DNA of 64,000 nt from a virus, in the IMG/VR virus record IMGVR_UViG_3300017605_000342, positions 96,875 to 160,874 of that record. One strand, 5' to 3'. This document shows positions 21,401 through 29,452 of the stretch, one piece after another. Within the stretch, counting starts at the first letter, position 1, and the number at the start of each line of letters is the position of its first letter. A program made the position numbers and the translations under genes. The notes under the pieces were generated by a model, which searched no databases, was not told the DNA's origin, and worked only from the letters and a program-made list of their open reading frames with translations.

Positions 21401-21856
21401 GATTATTGAAATACCTGTCTTAACTAGTGGCTTGTAAACATTGGGCGATCTCTCAGTTTCCTTAAACCACTTATCCAAGTTAATCGGAAATTCAGCTTGA
21501 GCATCTTTCGAGAAATGGCCTTCAGCGACCAGCTCTCTGCGAACCATCTTCGGTTGATTTGGCTGCTGCCAGTATTTGTCAACCGTGCTGCGTTCAACCT
21601 GTGTTAGCTGTCGCGGATCTACAGAAAAATGCCCTTCTGGTACAAGGTACTTCGGAAATTGTTTTGGCTGATTTGGTACTTGGTAATACTTATCTAAAAA
21701 AACAACTACCGGAAAAGAGGCAACAAACGGTGGTTCAGCCTTAATCTGATACTGGAACCGCTCGTCAACCCCAATAGCTGTACTATCAAGTTCGACTTGA
21801 AGAGTGGGTGATGCCCCTCCAACATCTGTTCCACCAAATAGCAATAGCAAAGACAT
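18401..21856 (-). CDS. 1151-aa repeat protein of unknown function
   Basis: About 20 imperfect repeats with DK(W/Y), P..LV(R/K)EG and DPRQLTQAERST; 11-aa C-terminal repeats. Confidence 0.8.
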   Translation of the reverse strand: MSLLLLFGGTDVGGASPTLQVELDSTAIGVDERFQYQIKAEPPFVASFPVVVFLDKYYQVPNQPKQFPKYLVPEGHFSVDPRQLTQVERSTVDKYWQQPNQPKMVRRELVAEGHFSKDAQAEFPINLDKWFKETERSPNVYKPLVKTGISIIDPVQLTQAERSSIDKYYQVSYRPFGKARLATLDMLAAPAYQQQQEIVTIDKHYQLPNQPRMVPRQLVREGHTQAFTEFTVRYAVGTKTSIYLPLRDPLITGQQSTFPTYPFSQPDVIAVVTNDLHLRYLTKFQYQGKAAPFFTGETSTVDKWFRNIFEPMPLAKILPRSGISVTDPHELLVPLDRWFRLTGTPPDRVRPLVREGLFVIDPRQLTQAENSTLDKWYRETARTLWTKKPLVPEGFFAKDLVSRGETITVDKWFKETEKTIWQRMPLVREGAFTIDPRQLTQAERSTVDKYWQQLTEPVRSKPALVREGLSIFDVRQFVARLDGWYRNTETPVRTSAQLLKQGISAFDLKEFRVDLDRWYRETQTPPKTAKPLVKEGYTIDPYQLIQAERSTIDKYWQQLSEPRRSKSELVKEGVSGFDPKQFRIDVDKFVYQQEYKRIQKQLTPYVNEFIDAKDISFVVGQDGTFYLDFNKARPSLRDTSVYPPYQQQQEIVTVDKWWGPLSEPRRSVLPLVRESQSQVLPRFIVSFVVGTKTSLYLPIRELPQYDHSVSPFRYEDTSAFSDRWFKETETPPKKAAPRLPGWFTIDPRQLTQAERITLDKYWRQLAEPRRFPPQLVREGASVFDAKQFRIDLDKYWQQLSVPQRDKLRLVREGVSVMDTREFRVPVDRWFRETGIPPTTRIPLIRTGYYAIDPRQLTQAERTTVDKWYKDHNPIFSKKFFRDVLGVVVPRQDGGVTVDKWFKELERPAKKLTLLDKGSAFQFTPSGEQVTLDKWARELERPQKRFALIDRNGTFQFTPSEVVTLDKWFKENFVPTLLGRKNSVELSRLSFVKREEIFDLSTWLPAFTEITRSAKFRAELLSLISGMEFNTPLIDLDWLLQTNEPIFTHFVKSWLIQQIHLTPDQSLFILRTMCLTTIAVILAMVTNTAEVTPASVTNTADVIPAAVVLAADVIPAAVTNTAEVIPAAVVGSADIVKAVQADVDLAACKDDE

Positions 21857-21859
21857 AGG

Positions 21860-22555
21860 TTATATACCAAACATACCGGCTGACCCAACTGGGTCCACCA
21901 TGCTGATTCCAGTGCCAGAAACGTAGAACTCCATCACAATAATTCCCCACGCAGTTGTGTTTGCGTTAGTCCAAGTAATCGTCGATCCAGTCTCACCACT
22001 TGCACGAGACGCAGTTTCCTGACTATGTGCTGGATTGGTAAAAGATACCTCTGAGCTTGCGATTTCTCCCCATGATCCTGGGGCAGTCCACTGAGCTGCT
22101 GAGTTGGTTGTATTCGTCGCAAACCCCAAACAGCCGTTACCTGTAAGAATAGCAGCATCCATAGTAACTGCGGGATTTGCAGAAGAGCCTGTAGCCGTCT
22201 TGAATTGACGCAGTAAAGGATTAGTCGTTGAATCACCACCAGTCACACGAACCACATGCATCGCACTACCGGTGGAATTTCCTGAAATTGTATAGACAGG
22301 AGTCGTTGAAGTGGCGGCTGTAGCAGCAGCATAAAATATGAAGATTGTATCTGCGCCAGCATTTTTTGTAAAGCTTGTTAAGAAGTACCACGTCCAAGCA
22401 CCAGACATGGAACCGACAGCGGTATTACCGGTCACGCTTACACAAGCAATTAACAGGTCACCAGCCGCTGGCGTTCCAGCAGTACCAGTGTGATTAGCTG
22501 CGTTGTTAGATGTGTTCGCTGAAGCTGCCGCCAAAGCTGTAAAGGCTAGTGCCAT
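21860..22555 (-). CDS. Putative virion protein (Ala/Thr/Gly-rich)
   Basis: AGDLLIACV motif and beta-rich composition. Confidence 0.5.
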   Translation of the reverse strand: MALAFTALAAASANTSNNAANHTGTAGTPAAGDLLIACVSVTGNTAVGSMSGAWTWYFLTSFTKNAGADTIFIFYAAATAATSTTPVYTISGNSTGSAMHVVRVTGGDSTTNPLLRQFKTATGSSANPAVTMDAAILTGNGCLGFATNTTNSAAQWTAPGSWGEIASSEVSFTNPAHSQETASRASGETGSTITWTNANTTAWGIIVMEFYVSGTGISMVDPVGSAGMFGI

Positions 22556-22743
22556 TATTCCTCTTTAACACACTGAACTCTGTTGTTGTGGGTGTGGTTA
22601 TTACCTTTTCGTTCCTCTTTAGTTTCAGGTTGCCCACATTTGCAGCAATGATACCATCCACGTCCGTTGTAGAATTCTCCGAAAGTGTCGTCGTTTACTT
22701 CTTTGTAATCGCAAAAACAATGTTTATTCATAGTCCTTACCAT
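22555..22743 (-). CDS. Small Cys-rich protein
   Basis: HCFC and CCKCG; coupled to its neighbours. Confidence 0.35.
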   Translation of the reverse strand: MVRTMNKHCFCDYKEVNDDTFGEFYNGRGWYHCCKCGQPETKEERKGNNHTHNNRVQCVKEE

Positions 22744-23555
22744 TCATACCCAGCTACACAGACATCGATTGAAATACCAGCATCCGTAGTAATGTGTAAT
22801 TCTCGGTCTGCTGTTGTACAAAAGATCGGTGAGGCTGGCGTAAAAACTAAACCAGGTTTAGATGTAGTACTTGGAGCCGATGAAAATGCAAGCACGGCTT
22901 GGTCAGTACCCGCTGAGTAGGTGGTATCCGCATTATCACCGAACCACAAAATAATACGGGCGGCAGTCGTCGCGTAAGTACCGACCACAATCGACGTAAT
23001 GGCAATTTTCTTACCAGAGGTTGGGGACCATACGTCAGTACCAGTCTGAGTAGAAGTGGCGTTAAATGTCTTATGGATAAATAGCGCGGGATCAATATGC
23101 GCAGTAAGTTGTCTTCCCCAAAGGTCGCTCACACCATTTGCACGATCTGAGTTTGCAACAGCAGTTGGTAAAGCGTTGATCGCCTTGAAACCAACCTTGA
23201 CTGGGTTACCAGAATCGGCAGAATCATGCGGCGTGCCTCCACCAACTGCCAATGCATCCACAGCAGAAGAACCCGTCTCATCAACCACGGAAGTTTGTAG
23301 AGTACCATCACCGATTCTTACAGCAACTGGAGTCCCTGATGGGGCATCGACTGTGATCGAGTTACCACCGTCGTTCATACGAGTTACATCAACGTCTAAA
23401 CCGTTGGTCGCATCTCCACCTATTTTTCCGGTTGCATCTGCCGTTCCATCTACCAACTTTACATATTGATAATGAACACCGGAAACGTCGTCAGTTGCAA
23501 CTACTGGGGTTGCTGTGCCTGTACCAGATGCTGGAATTGTTACGTTATCTGCCAT
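22737..23555 (-). CDS. Putative virion structural protein
   Basis: MADNVTI...VATDDVSGVHYQYVKL start; Gly/Thr/Ala-rich. Confidence 0.5.
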   Translation of the reverse strand: MADNVTIPASGTGTATPVVATDDVSGVHYQYVKLVDGTADATGKIGGDATNGLDVDVTRMNDGGNSITVDAPSGTPVAVRIGDGTLQTSVVDETGSSAVDALAVGGGTPHDSADSGNPVKVGFKAINALPTAVANSDRANGVSDLWGRQLTAHIDPALFIHKTFNATSTQTGTDVWSPTSGKKIAITSIVVGTYATTAARIILWFGDNADTTYSAGTDQAVLAFSSAPSTTSKPGLVFTPASPIFCTTADRELHITTDAGISIDVCVAGYEW

Positions 23556-24842
23556 TTAGTAACCTACCTGTTTTCTACTTTTGTAAAAGTTTATGTTTGA
23601 TGCAGAAACAAACGGAGACAAACTAGCCGCTGTTACACGTATGTCATCAAACCACATGGTGTGTGCGTTAGTTGCCGAACTATCCAAGTCTATAGTAGTG
23701 ATTGAAGCATAGCTGCCGGTATTAACAGTATTCCAAGGGGTCCATGATCCACCGTCGATTCGCGCCCTATACTGATTCGGCTGGTTAGTGTTATCAAACT
23801 GCATCTCGCATTGATACCACGTATCAGCCGAATAAGCTTGAATCGTTTCGTACACCCCACCGCTATCGTCATACGTTTCTATGTTACCTGTTGGGCCGAA
23901 TCTAATATACATCCGACCACCAGTATTACCAATCGATGACCTTAACGTCACACCTATATTGTCATTAGGATTGGTGATACTGATACGCATTCTCCAAGAA
24001 ACGCTTCCCGCAGAAAGCGGGGCAATTTCTCGGTAGTAATGAGTTTCAGTAGTTGTATTGGCCCGTACCGCTTTGCCGCCTTGACCACCGGATGGAGCAA
24101 CTTCAACACTCTTATGACCAGTCGTTGGAGTAGACCAGCCCGTTAAAAACGCAGCCCAAGGACTCACCCAATTCGCACCGTCAGACAAACCAACCAATTC
24201 GGCACCAGTCGCGTAACTATCAAAAGAATCTGCCGCCACCCACGAAGTTCCTAATGCTACTGATCGGATGTCATCAACATAGGCAACTGCATTAAATCCA
24301 GTCTCAGCATCAATGTGAAACCGTGAAATGCTGGCGTAAGATCCACCGTCTACAGACTTAAAAGCACTCCAGTAAGAATCATTGATTCGAACTCGATACA
24401 AACCAGGATGGTCAGTATTATCAAAGTGAACCACAATGGTATACCAAGTATTGGCGGCGTATGTTTGTAAAGTATCGTAGACGACGGTATTCCCATTCCA
24501 TATCTTGATGGTTCCGTCAGACGCAAAGTTCACAAACATCTTACCGTTTGTACTGTCATCCAATACGATCTTAAAATCACCGCTTGGGGACGCGGAATCC
24601 AGCCGTACTCTGTAAGAAACAAACCCTTGCGTAATAGCAGTCATACTACGATGGTACTCTGAAAGTGGGTCGGCATTACAACGCACTGCGTTGCCACCCT
24701 GTCCGCCACTGGGAGCCGTTTCGATGGTCAACACACCAGCCACTTGCGTCCATGCGGAAGTCCAGTTGCTACCACCATTCTTGCCGTTTAGGTCATTTGT
24801 TAGTGTGTAGCTATCAAAGTCATCTGTTGCAATCCAAGCCAT
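23556..24842 (-). CDS. Tandem two-domain lectin/ConA-like protein
   Basis: Internal duplication: WIATDDFDSY/WVAADSFDSY, APSGGQGGNAVR/APSGGQGGKAVR, YAANTWY/YSADTWY, YVDDIR/WFDDIR. Confidence 0.65.
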   Translation of the reverse strand: MAWIATDDFDSYTLTNDLNGKNGGSNWTSAWTQVAGVLTIETAPSGGQGGNAVRCNADPLSEYHRSMTAITQGFVSYRVRLDSASPSGDFKIVLDDSTNGKMFVNFASDGTIKIWNGNTVVYDTLQTYAANTWYTIVVHFDNTDHPGLYRVRINDSYWSAFKSVDGGSYASISRFHIDAETGFNAVAYVDDIRSVALGTSWVAADSFDSYATGAELVGLSDGANWVSPWAAFLTGWSTPTTGHKSVEVAPSGGQGGKAVRANTTTETHYYREIAPLSAGSVSWRMRISITNPNDNIGVTLRSSIGNTGGRMYIRFGPTGNIETYDDSGGVYETIQAYSADTWYQCEMQFDNTNQPNQYRARIDGGSWTPWNTVNTGSYASITTIDLDSSATNAHTMWFDDIRVTAASLSPFVSASNINFYKSRKQVGY

Positions 24843-25138
24843 TATCTAAGTACCGATATCTTACCGTTCTCAAAATCTTCCATACGTTTCTCAAATGGGT
24901 AACATTTTGCAATACATGCGGGCGCACCACAAAGCCAAGAATCGCACTTAGTGCAATAACCGCGTAATACACCACTACCTTTCACAGAAATACAGTGTTT
25001 ATGGCAATGACCACATTGAAGTGTCTGCGCGATTTCCTCGCCATCTGCGAGGATATATCCTGACGGTTTTCTGCTTGTTGTGGCAGATTCACCGGGTTCG
25101 AGGATTAGTTTGCCTTCCGCCATTACCCAATTCTCCAA
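24842..25138 (-). CDS. Cys-rich zinc-finger-like protein
   Basis: CGHC, CTKC and C-x3-C motifs. Confidence 0.5.
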   Translation of the reverse strand: MENWVMAEGKLILEPGESATTSRKPSGYILADGEEIAQTLQCGHCHKHCISVKGSGVLRGYCTKCDSWLCGAPACIAKCYPFEKRMEDFENGKISVLR

Positions 25139-25454
25139 TTAGTTCCCCAACTGTGGGATATGGACTTTTTCTTACCACTAGCCAACATAGCTTCCTGAGT
25201 TCTGCGATAAGCTTTTTCTTCTTCTGTAAGGGGAAATAATGCGGCTGTAAAAACACATACTATCATGTTAACCTGCCTTTTGTTTTTGAAGCATGTAGTT
25301 GTTAAATGCGCGGTTTTTCTCGGCACATAAAACACAATGCATATCTTGGTTTATCTTGGTGTCTAGGCCACAAGACATACATTTGTGGGGTTGTGGGGTT
25401 GGTTCAACTAGTATGATGTTTTGAAACTTTTCGTCATCTATCTGATTGTTCTGT

Positions 25455-25802
25455 TTAAGGTAGATCGGTTGTGACATCACGTTCTTCTTTCTTATGCTTT
25501 TTACTATAAACAGCCACCGAATCTGGAAGTGGGGCCTTAGGGTACTTCTCTTTGAAAGCATCCAAATAACAGTCAACACAATACTCTGCGAAAATTGATT
25601 CTCTACCATTTACACCCAAAACAGGTCTTAAATGGAAGTGGTGTGGGACTGGAGATTGAAACCCATTTCCCTGCATATTTAGGTACTGTTCTAGAGTATC
25701 TCCACACGCATTACATGAACGTCCTGCTGTCGTGTTTTCGCGCCATCCTGCACAGATCTCACAAGCACCATCCTGCTCGTCGATCAAAACTGGTCTTACC
25801 AT
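25455..25802 (-). CDS. Cys-rich hypothetical protein
   Basis: Three CxxC pairs; SD-like AAGGA upstream. Confidence 0.5.
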   Translation of the reverse strand: MVRPVLIDEQDGACEICAGWRENTTAGRSCNACGDTLEQYLNMQGNGFQSPVPHHFHLRPVLGVNGRESIFAEYCVDCYLDAFKEKYPKAPLPDSVAVYSKKHKKEERDVTTDLP

Positions 25803-25896
25803 TTGATATCCTTTGAAATAAATTGAGGTGTCATTGCTTACGATTGCCAGCCATTGTAGGCGTATGATCTTACTCGCTGGCGCAACCCCAATTCAA

Positions 25897-26346
25897 TTAC
25901 TCTTCGAACAAAATTGTGTAGGTCATTGCAACAGCAGACCCACCGATAGCGTTCTGTAATAGCCCGATACCGTTAGATGCTGTAGACGGTGCTTTCAACT
26001 CACTTCCCGGTGCAGCGACCCAACGGAATGTCGCACGTTGGTTTGTTGCAAAACGAAGTAAGATTGTGTTTGCGGTGTAGGTAGGTTCTACAGAGTGGTT
26101 AACCTTCACCACAGATGTACCTGCCGGATCACCAGAATCTAGCGCTGCGTAGGTAAAGGTTGTACCAGTACCGTCAGCAGTGTAACGCTGTAGGATGTAC
26201 TCACCAGCGTTGTCGGCGGGTGTTGCTACCGAACCCACCAACACGTCATAAATTAACGGACGAACTGCTGCTGTCGCTGTGATAGAAATCGCAGACGTGC
26301 TAGCAGTGTTTGTATCCGTAGTTGCTACTGAATATTTTCTTGCCAT
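25897..26346 (-). CDS. Putative virion structural/decoration protein
   Basis: Ala/Thr-rich beta protein with strong SD (AGGAG). Confidence 0.5.
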   Translation of the reverse strand: MARKYSVATTDTNTASTSAISITATAAVRPLIYDVLVGSVATPADNAGEYILQRYTADGTGTTFTYAALDSGDPAGTSVVKVNHSVEPTYTANTILLRFATNQRATFRWVAAPGSELKAPSTASNGIGLLQNAIGGSAVAMTYTILFEE

Positions 26347-26505
26347 AATAGTTTATTAGCTCTCCTAAATTAACATTCAAAAAATTCTACACGGTCATCT
26401 TGTAGAAAATTATCAAACCCATCTGTTATGCGGGCTATTTCATTCTGATAGCAAAACTCTATCAATTCTAATGCTTCAGCCATTGACACGACCGGACTGA
26501 CAATT

Positions 26506-26802
26506 CTAACCACAACTTTGGTTGATTTCGAATCGGTAATCTTTTCCAATGAATTCCTCACCAAGGTACTCGTACAATGCTTTGAAGTTCTTGGAAAATG
26601 CATCGCGCATTCTCTCAGCGACTAACGTAGATGCACTCTGTGTATCAACGTGACAGTCTAAACAGTAAAACTGTGTGCAATACTTACAGTACTCTAGGTG
26701 CGGGTGCAGACACGGTGCGTACTGTTCCGGGTGTTTGTGCTTCTCACTCTGACTAATTGGGGTATAGTTGGCTCCCCACGCGCCATAAAACATATTAAAC
26801 AT
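26506..26802 (-). CDS. Hypothetical Cys/His-rich protein
   Basis: CLH, CKYC and CLDC motifs. Confidence 0.4.
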   Translation of the reverse strand: MFNMFYGAWGANYTPISQSEKHKHPEQYAPCLHPHLEYCKYCTQFYCLDCHVDTQSASTLVAERMRDAFSKNFKALYEYLGEEFIGKDYRFEINQSCG

Positions 26803-27025
26803 TGTAATTCTCTACTTCCTTTCGCAAGATTTCCTTGAGTTCGATTTCAGAAGTAACCCCGGCTGTAAACTCTGCAATTTGATGGTCGATTGTTTCGGAT
26901 AACTCACTAACAGCCTTAGGTGGCGACCACGTAAATGGTACAAACCAGTCTTGAAATTCATTAAGGGAAGTCTCTCCAAAGATATACTTTTGTAGTTCAA
27001 ACACTAACAAGTCGGCTTGTTTCAT
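26795..27025 (-). CDS. Hypothetical protein
   Basis: ORF immediately after the tRNA; coupled to the next gene. Confidence 0.45.
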   Translation of the reverse strand: MKQADLLVFELQKYIFGETSLNEFQDWFVPFTWSPPKAVSELSETIDHQIAEFTAGVTSEIELKEILRKEVENYNV

Positions 27026-27030
27026 TTTGT

Positions 27031-27104
27031 TGGTCTGGGTAGCTGGAATCGAACCAGCTCTTCATGATCCCAAGTCACGGGTGCAACCATTACACCATAC
27101 CCAG
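27031..27104 (-). tRNA. tRNA-Pro(TGG), copy 1
   Basis: C1:G72 acceptor CTGGGTA/TACCCAG, anticodon loop CTTGGGA, T-loop TTCGATT, A73, CCA. Confidence 0.9.
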
Positions 27105-27250
27105 ATATGTCGGGTATGGGTTGGGGTTCTCAGGATTTGTCATTGTGATATTCCTTCCACTTTTTCATAGTATCTGGTCTTGAGAGATACATGAACTTCC
27201 AATATGCTTTAAAACAAAACTTACAGCGTGGGCCTTCTTTGCAAGGCACG

Positions 27251-27385
27251 TTATGAACGACTGCCACTTTTCTTTTTGTCCTTAGCTTTGACGACTTTGA
27301 TGCCGCCGTCTTTCTTGAACTGCTCGTAAATTTCTGGCTTATGTTCTTTAAGCCAAGTACGCTGTTTACGTGAATAAAATGTCAT
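27251..27385 (-). CDS. Small basic protein (44 aa), paralog of next
   Basis: Manual translation: MTFYSRKQRTWLKEHKPEIYEQFKKDGGIKVVKAKDKKKSGSRS; ATGA overlap with the upstream gene. Confidence 0.55.
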   Translation of the reverse strand: MTFYSRKQRTWLKEHKPEIYEQFKKDGGIKVVKAKDKKKSGSRS

Positions 27386-27495
27386 TTGCGTTTACCACGG
27401 CGAACCTTGGTGCCGTACTTCTTTGCCCAACGTTTCGCAATTTTCGGAAGCTTTGCAAACATGTAACGACGTTGTTTAGCAGACTTAAATGGCAT
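27382..27495 (-). CDS. Small basic protein (37 aa)
   Basis: Manual translation: MPFKSAKQRRYMFAKLPKIAKRWAKKYGTKVRRGKRK. Confidence 0.6.
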   Translation of the reverse strand: MPFKSAKQRRYMFAKLPKIAKRWAKKYGTKVRRGKRK

Positions 27496-27647
27496 CCTAG
27501 ACCTTCTTTACAGTCAAAAGTTTTAGAAAATTACTATCTATTATTTCTTCTAAGATATATTCAAGTTCTTTATACGTTGCCACTAACTTTGTACATTCGC
27601 GTGAAGTTTGCAGCTCCATATAAATGATTTCATACATCTTAGTAACC

Positions 27648-28073
27648 TCATGATTTTTTACTCGGTTTGATGTACTGCACGGATGCTGGCAATGGTGAAT
27701 CTTTTTCCCAAAATGCTAGTCTAGTTTGATTTTTGTTTACGCTGAGTATTCCTGTTACGCAGTGGTTATGGCGTCTATGGTCTTGAAAGTCGCAGTGTGA
27801 CATCACAGTGTCATCGTCTGGATGACTATGAATATCGCCGATTACTACCATGCCCCATTCTCTTGCGCGGGCATGCACTGTCTCAACAGCACCACGAACT
27901 GTTTCGATATTACCCGGAGTCTTTGTCGCTAGCTCCGGGTAAATCCATCTATGTACCTCAACTAATGAGGGTGATATCCGATATCCAAGCAACATTGCAT
28001 ACTCTTCATCCAGCGACCGAATACACTTGCGGCGAAAGTAGTCAAGATGATGCCGTTTTAACCGGACTATCAT
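27648..28073 (-). CDS. JAB/MPN (JAMM) metallo-isopeptidase domain protein
   Basis: E...HSHP-x5-S-x2-D (EEYAMLLG...GDIHSHPDDDTVMSHCD). Confidence 0.8.
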   Translation of the reverse strand: MIVRLKRHHLDYFRRKCIRSLDEEYAMLLGYRISPSLVEVHRWIYPELATKTPGNIETVRGAVETVHARAREWGMVVIGDIHSHPDDDTVMSHCDFQDHRRHNHCVTGILSVNKNQTRLAFWEKDSPLPASVQYIKPSKKS

Positions 28074-28075
28074 AC

Positions 28076-28393
28076 TTACTGTCTGAATACTAAAATCACA
28101 TCAGAGGTTTTAACATCCGGTAGGGTTTCTAACGGAGTTGTAGGACGATCTTCTGTTAACAGTGCCACTACAGCGTATGCGGCACCGATAGTGCCCGTCT
28201 CATCGCCAAAATGACAAGACACTGCCCAATGGCCACCATGCTTTTCTACTTCACGCTGCAAGTACCATTTGTTGTCAGCAGCCTGTACATAGACCTGCAC
28301 AGGGAGTTTAGCTGGAGTAACTTTACCACACACTGTGAACTCAAAGCCCACAGTGTCAAACATCTCAGGACTGTCTATTCTTACTTTGCTCAT
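28076..28393 (-). CDS. Hypothetical Ig-like protein
   Basis: Beta-rich ORF in the operon. Confidence 0.4.
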   Translation of the reverse strand: MSKVRIDSPEMFDTVGFEFTVCGKVTPAKLPVQVYVQAADNKWYLQREVEKHGGHWAVSCHFGDETGTIGAAYAVVALLTEDRPTTPLETLPDVKTSDVILVFRQ

Positions 28394-29452
28394 TTAATCC
28401 GTCCTTATGTCATCTTCATTACGACTCTTAAAGTATGCTCTAATCTTGTCGCGTAAGATAACATTACGATCAGTTAAAGTGTACAATCCCTGAACATCTT
28501 TCTTCAGGTCTAACTGGTAGTTGAACTGCTCATCTACCAGAATTTTCCAACGGCTGTTATAGCGTCTGTTACGCTTTGGTCCGTGGAAGTAATGCAGGAC
28601 CAAACCAGGTGTATATCCGATGTTCTGCTTAATGTGCAGATCACATCGATTCTGCCATTCCTGCCAGTAATCTTTAAATGTCTGGTGCATTCCTCCATGA
28701 ATGGACTCTTGCACTTTCCCAATTAGGGCAGTTGCTTGGTGATGGTCCCCAGATCCCAATATCGCAACGTCTCCCAAACCACCCAAGTCAGCCAACGCTG
28801 ACCTACGATATGCCCAAGAATAACCGCTGTGAAAGGCAGCTCCACCACTACCATATGGATAGTTCCAATGCCCCTGTTCTTGCTTCTTTGTGTTAACACG
28901 TGTGGGTTGTTTATGCCCGTGCATCCAATCAAAGACAAAACCCGTCTGTGTATTTAACGGCTCAAAGTCAGGGTTTAAGTCTGTTGCATAAGAAAACATC
29001 TGTACAATTTTGTACGACTGTAGTTGGTGTAATGTTTCGTTCACCCAATCTGGGCGTGCAAACTCGATGTCTGCGTCAATTGTTGCCACATACTCCCAAT
29101 CTGCGGGTAGTCTCTGAATAGCTAAGTTTAGCAACAGCTCTTTAGACCAGATTTCAGATGTTGTGCGCAACTGAATGTGGTGTGGATTATCTGGTTCAGT
29201 TACTTCAAAAGCACGATCACGCAACGCAAGCTCAATGGTGTACAGAATACCACCAGCATTCTCAACCATCTGTTCAAACGCGTGATACAACTTATATCGC
29301 GTGTAGTAACGTGGCGGATTAAAGATAGCGGTCACCACGTACAATGGAGAAACAATCGGCGTAACATGATGCTGACGACGTGCAGGATCGTTTCTATAAG
29401 GATCAATCTGCTGAATCTTTTCTACATGTCTTGAGGGTGTAATATATTTCAT
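28394..29452 (-). CDS. Putative glycosyltransferase (GT-A)
   Basis: WSKELLLNLAI...YVATIDADI (DxD), GYSWAYRR and GSGD motifs. Confidence 0.65.
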   Translation of the reverse strand: MKYITPSRHVEKIQQIDPYRNDPARRQHHVTPIVSPLYVVTAIFNPPRYYTRYKLYHAFEQMVENAGGILYTIELALRDRAFEVTEPDNPHHIQLRTTSEIWSKELLLNLAIQRLPADWEYVATIDADIEFARPDWVNETLHQLQSYKIVQMFSYATDLNPDFEPLNTQTGFVFDWMHGHKQPTRVNTKKQEQGHWNYPYGSGGAAFHSGYSWAYRRSALADLGGLGDVAILGSGDHHQATALIGKVQESIHGGMHQTFKDYWQEWQNRCDLHIKQNIGYTPGLVLHYFHGPKRNRRYNSRWKILVDEQFNYQLDLKKDVQGLYTLTDRNVILRDKIRAYFKSRNEDDIRTD

